Shown here: in pieces, positions 37,984-46,338 of the stretch
Layout of the letters: the number at the start of each line of letters is the position of its first letter
Numbering within the stretch: position 1 is the first letter of the stretch
Assembly (NCBI GenBank): GCA_013003655.1
Contig: JABDIQ010000180.1
Location: forward strand, 1 to 50,450
Direction of reading: 5' to 3'
Length of the DNA stretch: 50,450 nt
From: Winogradskyella sp.
GTDB taxonomy: Bacteria > Bacteroidota > Bacteroidia > Flavobacteriales > Flavobacteriaceae
Notes under the pieces: generated by a model
The model's input: only the letters and a program-made list of their open reading frames with translations
The model's database searches: none
Told to the model about the DNA's origin: nothing
Made by a program: the position numbers and the translations under genes

Positions 37984-38439
37984 ATGATGAAGAAAATTAT
38001 CTTACCAGTAAGATTTGGTGTCGCTTTAAGCGCATCATTAATAGCTTATTTTTTAGTTTTAAGCCTTTTCAACTGGCATACAAATCCCTTTTTTAGTTTA
38101 TTTAACGGTGTAATTTCTGCTTTCGGTATTTACGAGGCTATTAAATATTACAAGTTAGAGCAGGGTGATTCTTTTACCTATTATAACGGTTTTACAGTTG
38201 GTGTAATTACAGGTTTTGTGGCCACACTTATATTCACCATTTTCTTCTTGTTCTACGCTACTGAAGTCAATGAAAACTACTTATTAGAATTGCTCGCTGT
38301 CTTTAAAGGTGATTATAACGTTCATATAGGATTGGTTACTTTTGTTGTAGCCATTATGGGCTTTGCCACTACCGTTGTATTAACGCTTACATTCATGCAA
38401 ATCTTTAAAAAGAGTTGGAATCTTCCTCAAAAGCAATAA
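37984..38439 (+). CDS. Hypothetical 4-TM membrane protein (DUF4199-like by recollection)
   Basis: This 151 aa protein has four TM helices and no enzymatic motif. The family name is from memory and needs an HMM check. Confidence 0.5.
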   Translation: MMKKIILPVRFGVALSASLIAYFLVLSLFNWHTNPFFSLFNGVISAFGIYEAIKYYKLEQGDSFTYYNGFTVGVITGFVATLIFTIFFLFYATEVNENYLLELLAVFKGDYNVHIGLVTFVVAIMGFATTVVLTLTFMQIFKKSWNLPQKQ

Positions 38440-38443
38440 AACC

Positions 38444-38474
38444 TTTGCACATTAATTAATTAGGCTTATATTTG
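38444..38474 (+). promoter_or_regulatory. Bacteroidota sigma-A type promoter for rplU-rpmA (-33 TTTG, -7 TATATTTG)
   Basis: TTTG lies at 38444-38447 and TATATTTG at 38467-38474, a 19 nt spacer that matches TTTG-N19-21-TAnnTTTG. It lies 43 nt upstream of the rplU ATG. Both elements are embedded in a repeated TTTGCAC. Confidence 0.6.
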
Positions 38475-38516
38475 CACTCATTTTTTAATAAACAAAATTA
38501 ATAAAAACGTTACGCT

Positions 38517-39248
38517 ATGTACGCAATTGTAGAGATAGCAGGGCATCAATTCAAAGTTGAAAAAGACCAAAAAGTTTTTGTTAACCGTTTATCAACTGAA
38601 GAAGGCAAAAAAGTTTCTTTTGACAATGTTCTTCTAATTGGTGATGGTAACAAAGTAACTATAGGCGCCCCAGCTATAGACGGAGCTCAAGTAGGAGCAA
38701 AAGTCTTAAAGCACCTTAAAGGTGATAAAGTAATCGTTTTCAAAAAGAAGAGACGTAAAGGTTACAGAACTAAAAATGGCCACCGTCAATCACTTTCTGA
38801 GATCGTTATAGAAAGTATTGTTGCTTCTGGAGCTAAGAAAACTGCACCAGCAAAAGCAGAAAAGAAGGCTACTGAGAAGAAGGTTGCCGAAAAGAAAACA
38901 ACTAGCAAAACAACAAAAAAGGCAACTACAGCACCTAAAAAGGCTGAGCCTGTTGCTAAAAAAGTAGCGCCTAAGGCAACTACGAAAAAAGCTTCAGCTA
39001 AGAAGGCAGATGACCTTAAAAAGATTGAAGGTATTGGACCTAAAATAGCAGAAACATTAGTGGCTGCAGGAATCTCAACTTTTGCTGATCTTTCAAAAAC
39101 CAAACCTGCAAAAATCTCTGAGATTATTGAAGGTGTAAGAGGTAATCATGTACCTGATACTTGGCCAGAACAAGCAAAGCTTGCAGCTGACGGTAAATGG
39201 GATGAATTAAAAGCTTTACAAGATAAATTAGATGGTGGTAAGAAGTAA
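38517..39248 (+). CDS. rplU: 50S ribosomal protein L21 fused to a Lys/Ala-rich linker and a C-terminal helix-hairpin-helix-like domain
   Basis: The first about 103 aa are canonical L21 (MYAIVEIAGHQFKVEKDQKVFVNRL ... KKKRRKGYRTKNGHRQ). A KA/KT-rich stretch and LKKIEGIGPKIAETLVAAGISTFADL follow. Confidence 0.9.
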   Translation: MYAIVEIAGHQFKVEKDQKVFVNRLSTEEGKKVSFDNVLLIGDGNKVTIGAPAIDGAQVGAKVLKHLKGDKVIVFKKKRRKGYRTKNGHRQSLSEIVIESIVASGAKKTAPAKAEKKATEKKVAEKKTTSKTTKKATTAPKKAEPVAKKVAPKATTKKASAKKADDLKKIEGIGPKIAETLVAAGISTFADLSKTKPAKISEIIEGVRGNHVPDTWPEQAKLAADGKWDELKALQDKLDGGKK

Positions 39249-39286
39249 TTTCTAACCATTAATAATAACAATAAAACCTTAAGAAA

Positions 39287-39547
39287 ATGGCTCATAAAAA
39301 GGGAGTAGGTAGTTCTAAAAACGGTAGAGAATCAGAATCGAAACGCTTAGGTGTTAAGATTTTTGGAGGACAAGCTGCTGTTGCTGGAAACATTATCGTA
39401 AGACAACGTGGTAACACACACCATCCAGGTGAAAATGTGTACCAAGGTAAAGACCATACTTTACATGCTAGAGTTGATGGTTTAGTAAAATTTACTAAGA
39501 AAAAAGACAATAAATCGTATGTGTCTATTGAACCTTTTGAGGCTTAA
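39287..39547 (+). CDS. rpmA: 50S ribosomal protein L27
   Basis: It has the canonical N-terminus [24 protein letters not shown] and the [13 protein letters not shown] block. The length is 86 aa. Confidence 0.95.
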   Translation: MAHKKGVGSSKNGRESESKRLGVKIFGGQAAVAGNIIVRQRGNTHHPGENVYQGKDHTLHARVDGLVKFTKKKDNKSYVSIEPFEA

Positions 39548-39568
39548 TACATAGTACATTAAAAAAGT

Positions 39569-39601
39569 AACCCTTTCTTATTTAATAAGGAAGGGTTTTT
39601 T
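39569..39601. terminator. Bidirectional terminator between rpmA and the convergent MutS-related gene
   Basis: AACCCTTTCTTA pairs with TAAGGAAGGGTT (one G-U pair). It is flanked by an A6 run 5' and a T6 run 3'. The T-run overlaps the TAA stop of the minus-strand gene. Confidence 0.65.
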
Positions 39602-41378
39602 ATTTAATTATATTTAATTTCTTTAATAAGAAACTAGCATTCATATTTTGGCAGATACCTTTCTTTAGTTTGTAGTCAAAATATAATTCGTCCTCCACTA
39701 TCTCTGCATCAAAAAAGTAATTTTCGACTGCCTCGAAGTCTGTTTCAATTTTACATAAACTAAGATCGTGTGTAGCAATAATTCCTGTTGCACCACTTTC
39801 TATTAAGCGCTCAACAAATTTTCGAGATCCAATAGCTTTGTCCGTACTATTGGTGCCCTTCAATATTTCATCGAGCACAACAAAATAATTGGAGTCTTCT
39901 ATATGATCTATAATATACTTCAATCGTTTTAGTTCAGAAAAGAAATAAGAACTGCCTTCATCAAGAGAATCATCAGTTCTCATACTAGTTATTAGCTTTG
40001 TGGGACTATAATTGCTCTCTTTAGCACAAACTGGTAAACCCATATTTGCCATTATTATATGAAGTGAAACCGTTCTTAAGAATGTGCTTTTACCAGCCAT
40101 ATTAGCACCTGTGACAATAAAAAATTGTCGTTTAGAAATGACAAGATCGCTACTAATTCGATCAGCTTCATCTAAAAGTGGATGACCGAGATCTTTTGCC
40201 TCAATAACGTGGTCAGTATTTAGAATTTTTGGAAACGTATATTTTGGATGATTAAAAGCATAGGTTCCTAAAGTATTATAAGCATCAAAAATTGAAACTG
40301 TGTTAAACCAATGCTCAACACGATGGCCATGCGTTGTAATCCACTTTTCAATTTGATAACTCTGCATTATATCCCAGAGCAAATATCCATTGCCTAAAAT
40401 GGCTGATATTAAGTTATTTCTATTATCCAATGCATCCAAACGTCTAGAAAATAATTTAATGATTTCTGAAGCTTTTTTAGATTCCTTTATCAATTGCTGC
40501 TGTTGACTTTTTAAAAGAATAGAATCAAATGTTTGGTTTTCGATGTGTTCTAATAATGAACCATATTGTTTAAAAGTTTCTATTGCTTTAGAGGTATTGA
40601 AGGAAAGTGTATTTATCCGTTTTAAATATATTCCTGTAATTGCTAAACCAACTAATAGCCAATAGCCAATGACTTCAACGCTTATTAAACCATAAATTGC
40701 AATGGCAATTAATGCAACACTAATTAATGAAAATAATGGCGGAACTAGTCTAATAGTTCCTTTTAAAAACGGCTTATAACTTTTTAGCCAATTTAGTATT
40801 AATTGATTGCTCTGATCTGTTTGTATTTGCATCGCTGTGGCTGCAAAGGTCTGGCTCCAGTGTTGTTTACTACTTAATTCGCAAATTGCATCCTGGCGCT
40901 CTTTGATCTGGGACGTGTCATTTGACAATAGATAATTTGATAGAACATCTGTGCCTTCTTTTGTTGCCGTTCTATTTATATATTGAAAAAATGAGCCTTT
41001 CCCAAAAAGGTCAATGTCTAAACTGTATTCGTGATTACTATTTAAATATTCTAGTCCGTTCTTGCGATGATAAAACGCCTTTTTAGATATTTTTAATTCT
41101 TCTTCATTGATCTCAATTAATGTTTTGACTAAGCGCGATTTCGATTTTAAATTGGTGTAACGCTTTACCAACCATAAAAATATACCAACACCAATAAGAG
41201 CAACAATTAATGCTGTTTTTGGAGTGTGAGAGCATACATAAATACCTGTAGCTGTACCCACAAATACAATCGCCCTCAACACACTAAAAAGAAGTAACCG
41301 CTTAGAAATATCTTTTGATTGACCGTTATAGTCTTTTAAATTATTTGAATAGTATTTCTGAGGATCTATCGATGTCAT
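39600..41378 (-). CDS. Membrane-anchored MutS-related ATPase (MutS domain V only; no mismatch-binding domain)
   Basis: It has Walker A GANMAGKST, Walker B VVLDEILKGTN and the MutS signature ATHD. Two N-terminal and two central TM helices are present. The length is 592 aa. Confidence 0.8.
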   Translation of the reverse strand: MTSIDPQKYYSNNLKDYNGQSKDISKRLLLFSVLRAIVFVGTATGIYVCSHTPKTALIVALIGVGIFLWLVKRYTNLKSKSRLVKTLIEINEEELKISKKAFYHRKNGLEYLNSNHEYSLDIDLFGKGSFFQYINRTATKEGTDVLSNYLLSNDTSQIKERQDAICELSSKQHWSQTFAATAMQIQTDQSNQLILNWLKSYKPFLKGTIRLVPPLFSLISVALIAIAIYGLISVEVIGYWLLVGLAITGIYLKRINTLSFNTSKAIETFKQYGSLLEHIENQTFDSILLKSQQQQLIKESKKASEIIKLFSRRLDALDNRNNLISAILGNGYLLWDIMQSYQIEKWITTHGHRVEHWFNTVSIFDAYNTLGTYAFNHPKYTFPKILNTDHVIEAKDLGHPLLDEADRISSDLVISKRQFFIVTGANMAGKSTFLRTVSLHIIMANMGLPVCAKESNYSPTKLITSMRTDDSLDEGSSYFFSELKRLKYIIDHIEDSNYFVVLDEILKGTNSTDKAIGSRKFVERLIESGATGIIATHDLSLCKIETDFEAVENYFFDAEIVEDELYFDYKLKKGICQNMNASFLLKKLNIIK

Positions 41379-41396
41379 AAGTAGTATAAAGAAACC

Positions 41397-41428
41397 AAAA
41401 ATCCCAAGTTAATATGGCTTGGGATTTT
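41397..41428 (-). terminator. Rho-independent terminator of the sdhCAB operon
   Basis: An 11 bp stem pairs AAAATCCCAAG (41398-41408) with CTTGGGATTTT (41418-41428) around a 9 nt loop. On the minus strand it is followed by TTTTTGGTTTC, and it lies 22 nt after the sdhB stop. Confidence 0.68.
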
Positions 41429-41449
41429 AAATTAAACTAATCTATTTTT

Positions 41450-42196
41450 CTAGCCTTTAAAACTAGCTGCCAGATATTCGCGATTCATTCTGGCGATATT
41501 TTCTAATGAGATCCCTTTAGGACATTCAACTTCACAAGCACCAGTGTTGGTGCAATTTCCAAAACCTTCGTCATCCATTTGTTTTACCATATTTAAAACA
41601 CGATCAGTTGCTTCAACTCGTCCTTGTGGTAATAATGCAAATTGAGACACTTTAGCTGAAACAAATAGCATAGCACTCGAGTTTTTACAAGCAGCTACAC
41701 ATGCACCACATCCAATGCAGGTTGCTGCATCAAATGCCATGTCTGCATTTTGCTTTTCTATAGGAATAGCATTTGCATCTTGCGTATTTCCAGAGGTATT
41801 TACGGAAATAAATCCTCCTGCTTGTTGTATTCTGTCAAAAGAAGTACGGTCAACTATAAGATCTTTTATAACAGGGAATGCTGTAGCTCTCCATGGTTCA
41901 ATATATATGGTATCACCATCTTTAAAACTTCTCATATGTAACTGACATGCTGTAATAAGCGTATCTGGTCCATGAGCTCTTCCATTAATATATAATGAAC
42001 AACTACCACATATACCTTCTCTACAATCATGGTCAAACGCAACTGGTTCTTCTCCTTTATCAATTAACTCCTGATTAAGTACATCTAACATTTCTAAAAA
42101 AGACATGTCTTCAGATATGTTGCTTATAGGATAATCAACCATTTTTCCTTTATCATCGGCGTTTTTTTGACGCCATATCTTTAACGTTAAATTCAT
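41450..42196 (-). CDS. sdhB: Succinate dehydrogenase/fumarate reductase iron-sulfur subunit
   Basis: Three Fe-S cluster motifs are present: [20 protein letters not shown] and [12 protein letters not shown]. Confidence 0.93.
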   Translation of the reverse strand: MNLTLKIWRQKNADDKGKMVDYPISNISEDMSFLEMLDVLNQELIDKGEEPVAFDHDCREGICGSCSLYINGRAHGPDTLITACQLHMRSFKDGDTIYIEPWRATAFPVIKDLIVDRTSFDRIQQAGGFISVNTSGNTQDANAIPIEKQNADMAFDAATCIGCGACVAACKNSSAMLFVSAKVSQFALLPQGRVEATDRVLNMVKQMDDEGFGNCTNTGACEVECPKGISLENIARMNREYLAASFKG

Positions 42197-42204
42197 AGCT
42201 CCTT

Positions 42205-44205
42205 TTATTTATAACTTCTCTCTTTAACTTCTATATTTTCGTATTGCAGGTCTTCCTTGTGTAATATAGCTTCACTCGGCTCACCTTTGTATTCCCATGC
42301 AGACACAAACTGAAATTCTTTTCTGCGTTGTGCTTCACCTTCTGCTGTTTGGTATTCTTCTCTAAAATGTCCTCCTGCAGATTCTTCTCTTACCAGTGCA
42401 TCTTTTGCAAACAATTCGCCTAATTCTAGAAAATCAGCTACTCTTGCTGCTTTTGCTAGTTCTTCGTTATACTCTTTATCTGTGCCAGGAACTTTGACGT
42501 CTTTCCAAAACTCTTCTCTTAGAGCAGCTATCTCGTCAATTGCTTCCTTAAGATCCTTTTCATTTCTAGACATACCGCATTTATTCCACATTATCTTTCC
42601 AAGACGCTTATGAAAATGATCTACTGATTTATTACCGTTATTGTTTATAAGTCTATTTATATTATCAACAACGTATTTCTCAGCTTCATCAAATTCTGGA
42701 AGATCTGTTGAGATTGGTCCTGTTCTTATATCATGAGCTAAATAATCTCCAATAGTATAAGGCAATACAAAATAGCCATCAGCTAAACCTTGCATCAATG
42801 CTGATGCTCCTAAACGATTTGCGCCATGATCTGAAAAATTAGCCTCACCAATGGAGTAAAGGCCAGGTACAGTAGTCATAAGATTATAATCTACCCATAA
42901 TCCTCCCATAGTATAATGGACCGCTGGATAAATCATCATCGGTGTTTCATAAGGATTTTGATCCACAATTTTCTCGTACATCTGGAATAGATTCCCGTAC
43001 TTGTTTTTAATGATTTCCTTACCGAGTTTTGTAATTAAGTTTGTATCGTTTTCGTCCAAGCCTTTAACATGAGCTTGTTCCTTACCATAGCGTTCAATAG
43101 CAGCTGCAAAATCTAAAAATACCGCTTCGCCAGTTTTATTCACTCCGTAACCAGCGTCACATCTTTCTTTTGCTGCCCTTGATGCAACATCTCTAGGAAC
43201 CAGATTTCCAAATGCAGGATAACGTCTTTCTAGATAATAATCTCTTTTCTCTTCAGCAAGATCTGTTGGTTTTAATTTGCCCTCTCTTATGGCTATGGCA
43301 TCCTCTTTATGTTTTGGCACCCATATACGACCGTCGTTTCTCAAAGACTCAGACATCAAGGTTAACTTAGATTGATGATCTCCAGAAACAGGAATACAGG
43401 TTGGGTGAATTTGCGTATAACATGGATTTGCAAAAAACGCTCCTCGTTTATGAGCCTTCCACGCAGCCGTAACATTACTACCCATAGCGTATGTAGATAA
43501 ATAAAAAGCATTACCGTATCCACCTGTGCCTAGTACAACAGCATGTGCTGAATGTCTTTCTATCTCACCAGTAACTAGATTACGAGCAATAATTCCTCTT
43601 GCCTTACCATCCACAATGACAACGTCTAACATTTCATGACGGCTGTACATCTTAATTTTACCACGCCCTATTTGGCGGTTCATTGCCGCGTAAGCACCAA
43701 GAAGTAATTGTTGTCCTGTTTGCCCTTTTGCGTAAAAGGTTCTAGATACTAAAACACCACCAAATGATCTATTATCTAATAAACCACCATATTCTCTTGC
43801 AAAAGGCACGCCTTGTGCTACACATTGGTCAATGATATTGGTTGATACCTCCGCTAAACGATAAACATTCGCTTCACGCGAACGATAATCACCACCTTTT
43901 ACAGTATCATAAAATAAGCGATATGTAGAGTCGCCATCACCTTGATAGTTCTTTGCAGCATTTATACCGCCTTGAGCAGCAATGGAATGCGCTCGTCTTG
44001 GTGAGTCCTGAAAACAAAACGCTTTTACATTATAGCCAAGTTCTGCTAAAGTAGCAGAAGCTGAGCCACCAGCTAAACCAGTACCCACTACAATGACATC
44101 TATTAGTCGTTTATTGGCTGGGTTAACTAAATTGATTTCATTCTTATGGTTTGTCCATTTCTCGGCCAAAGGACCTTTTGGTATTTTGGAATCTAATTTT
44201 GACAT
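42205..44205 (-). CDS. sdhA: Succinate dehydrogenase/fumarate reductase flavoprotein subunit
   Basis: It has an FAD-binding N-terminus ([19 protein letters not shown]), the [14 protein letters not shown] block with the covalent-FAD His, and an active-site region (HPT, HYTMGG). The length is 666 aa. Confidence 0.95.
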   Translation of the reverse strand: MSKLDSKIPKGPLAEKWTNHKNEINLVNPANKRLIDVIVVGTGLAGGSASATLAELGYNVKAFCFQDSPRRAHSIAAQGGINAAKNYQGDGDSTYRLFYDTVKGGDYRSREANVYRLAEVSTNIIDQCVAQGVPFAREYGGLLDNRSFGGVLVSRTFYAKGQTGQQLLLGAYAAMNRQIGRGKIKMYSRHEMLDVVIVDGKARGIIARNLVTGEIERHSAHAVVLGTGGYGNAFYLSTYAMGSNVTAAWKAHKRGAFFANPCYTQIHPTCIPVSGDHQSKLTLMSESLRNDGRIWVPKHKEDAIAIREGKLKPTDLAEEKRDYYLERRYPAFGNLVPRDVASRAAKERCDAGYGVNKTGEAVFLDFAAAIERYGKEQAHVKGLDENDTNLITKLGKEIIKNKYGNLFQMYEKIVDQNPYETPMMIYPAVHYTMGGLWVDYNLMTTVPGLYSIGEANFSDHGANRLGASALMQGLADGYFVLPYTIGDYLAHDIRTGPISTDLPEFDEAEKYVVDNINRLINNNGNKSVDHFHKRLGKIMWNKCGMSRNEKDLKEAIDEIAALREEFWKDVKVPGTDKEYNEELAKAARVADFLELGELFAKDALVREESAGGHFREEYQTAEGEAQRRKEFQFVSAWEYKGEPSEAILHKEDLQYENIEVKERSYK

Positions 44206-44216
44206 ACTGGAATATT

Positions 44217-44903
44217 TTAATGCGTAAAGTGGTGATACAATGCAATAAAAATAAATAGTGCAGGTACACCGATTGAATATACTTTACTTACTCTTTTTAA
44301 ACTATCTATATACTTATTATTGGCACCAACCGATTGAAATGAGGAATTGAATCCATGAAGTAAGTGCAATGATAAAAGCACAAATGAAACGACGTATATA
44401 ATCACACGTACGTGACTTACAAACTTCTCTCTTAATTCATCATAATATCTGTAGCCAGAATCTGCATTGTTAGGATCAATAAGCCCACTCATATCTCCTT
44501 CTACATATTTTACAGTCATTTCATGTACCCAGAAATCGTAAAAATGCAATCCTAGAAATGCCAGAATAACCACACCGCTTAACAGCATGTTTCTAGAAAC
44601 CCATGACGAGTTATTTGAAGCTGAGTTTTTTGCGTAGCTTACTTTTCGTGAAGCTCTATTTTTGGCTTCTAGTACAAAGCCCATCACAAAGTGAAAGACA
44701 ACACCAAAAATTAAAACAGGTTGCATTAATCCTTGAACTAATGGATTAGTACCCATAAAATGAGACATCTCGTTAAATAGTTCTGGACTAATTACTGATG
44801 AAAAATTGATGGAAACATGTATAACTAGAAAAATCATTAGAAAAAGTGCCGATAGAGCCATGGCAAATTTTCTTCCTACCGATGAATTAAAAATTCCGCT
44901 CAT
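44217..44903 (-). CDS. sdhC: Succinate dehydrogenase/fumarate reductase cytochrome b subunit (b558-type, five TM helices)
   Basis: It has five TM helices with conserved His residues ([31 protein letters not shown]). It is the first gene of the sdh operon. Confidence 0.85.
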   Translation of the reverse strand: MSGIFNSSVGRKFAMALSALFLMIFLVIHVSINFSSVISPELFNEMSHFMGTNPLVQGLMQPVLIFGVVFHFVMGFVLEAKNRASRKVSYAKNSASNNSSWVSRNMLLSGVVILAFLGLHFYDFWVHEMTVKYVEGDMSGLIDPNNADSGYRYYDELREKFVSHVRVIIYVVSFVLLSLHLLHGFNSSFQSVGANNKYIDSLKRVSKVYSIGVPALFIFIALYHHFTH

Positions 44904-44932
44904 TAGTGAATATATCTTGAATGATTATCTCA

Positions 44933-44940
44933 CAAAGGTA
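44933..44940 (-). promoter_or_regulatory. Candidate -7 promoter box (TACCTTTG on the minus strand) for sdhCAB
   Basis: It matches TAnnTTTG and lies 29 nt upstream of the sdhC ATG. No properly spaced -33 TTTG was found. Confidence 0.3.
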
Positions 44941-45003
44941 CGGCGCAAACGTTTTTTCTACAACAACCTTCAGTTATAATTAACTATTTAGAATGATTTT
45001 AAT

Positions 45004-46239
45004 CTAAAAATCAAACCTCGGGTTTACAATTGTATTATAAATACTTCCGAAGGAATAACTAAAGCCGAGATTTACAAAATAATTATAGCCTGATTGTAAT
45101 TGCTGTTGTTGCAGCAATAACTCTTCGAGTGAAAGGTCTCCTCCAGGTAAATTAATTTGATTTCGTGTTATGGAATAACTGCCGCTTACATTAAAGTTAA
45201 AGCCTTTAAAAAGCCTAATGCGCGTGCCTAAGAAAAAATTTAAAGAGTAAAGACTTGTATCTTGAAGAAACTGATTGAACGAGATCTCCGAGTTAACATT
45301 GCCCCATTCTTGATTAATACGTCCTCCTAACTGAACACCATGCTCCCAAAGATATTCTTCGGTTTTATTAAATACCGTTCGTTCTATATATTTATTATAT
45401 CTAATACCATTACGATACGAGATGGTCAATTGCTTTTTTGCGGATAATGCATAATCAAAAAAACTGTATTCTAAGGCTGGTCTAAAGGTCCAGGAAAGAT
45501 CACTGTTATCAAAAGTAGAAGTGCTTACACGACCAAAAAAACCATAGGACCAATGTTGATTAATGCTAATTATATCATTAACATTCAAAAATTTTCGGTC
45601 GTTTACACCAACAATCTCATCGCCTTCAAATTCAAAAATATTCCGACTCTCTCTGTATCCCGCTCGCAACGAAAACTTATTTTTTTCAGTAACTCTTCGG
45701 GCCGATAAGTTGAAATTTATGTTCCTTGATCGGCTTTGCTCCTGTCCGTTAAAAAATCCACCAGCACCTATTTGAAACAACCAGTAATTCCAAGGGTCAT
45801 CTTCATCAACCTCATCACTCATATCTTCGGGAATAGGAACTAGGACTGTAACTTCATCAACTGTTCCTTTGGCAATCCAAAATCTAACGAGACCTAGTTT
45901 TATGTTTTCAAGAACACGCTGTCTTACTTCATCACTGGTCATGTTTCCATCTGTAGAAAAAGAGAGACTATAGTTTATAGCTTCAAATTCGTTCTTACCA
46001 ATAAATTGGGCCTCATAACTTCTTCCTCTACTGCCGTTTCGTTGGGTAACAAAAAATATGTGTACATCTCCCAAATACTGATCTCTTACAAACTGAACAT
46101 TGCCAAGATTTTGACGTATATATTGATTGTCACAAACATTACAATCTAAATAAATACTTAGTTGTTCTGTTATATTATTTTGTGCTTGTAGAGGTGATAA
46201 AACAAAGCAAAGCATCACAAATGTGATATATTTTATCAT
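45004..46239 (-). CDS. Hypothetical outer-membrane beta-barrel protein
   Basis: It has a signal peptide (VLSPLQAQ). The C-terminal half has an alternating beta-strand pattern and ends in an aromatic residue (NPRFDF). Confidence 0.5.
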   Translation of the reverse strand: MIKYITFVMLCFVLSPLQAQNNITEQLSIYLDCNVCDNQYIRQNLGNVQFVRDQYLGDVHIFFVTQRNGSRGRSYEAQFIGKNEFEAINYSLSFSTDGNMTSDEVRQRVLENIKLGLVRFWIAKGTVDEVTVLVPIPEDMSDEVDEDDPWNYWLFQIGAGGFFNGQEQSRSRNINFNLSARRVTEKNKFSLRAGYRESRNIFEFEGDEIVGVNDRKFLNVNDIISINQHWSYGFFGRVSTSTFDNSDLSWTFRPALEYSFFDYALSAKKQLTISYRNGIRYNKYIERTVFNKTEEYLWEHGVQLGGRINQEWGNVNSEISFNQFLQDTSLYSLNFFLGTRIRLFKGFNFNVSGSYSITRNQINLPGGDLSLEELLLQQQQLQSGYNYFVNLGFSYSFGSIYNTIVNPRFDF

Positions 46240-46338
46240 GTGTATAGATTGTCTGGTTAGAAGGCAAATGTATATTTTACATTAGAGTTGCTCCCACATA
46301 TTTAGTTGAGTTTAACATTTTAAAACACACTAAAGTGA

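Noticed and set aside
37824-38096. A 90 aa ORF upstream of and overlapping the 37984-38439 membrane protein gene
   Set aside because: It is out of frame with the membrane protein gene and overlaps it. It lies mostly in AT-rich promoter-like sequence, and its product has no features.
38786-39103. A 105 aa minus-strand ORF antisense to the rplU extension
   Set aside because: It is the mirror image of the Lys/Ala-rich repeat and gives an Phe/Ala-rich product. The sense frame is continuous with canonical L21.
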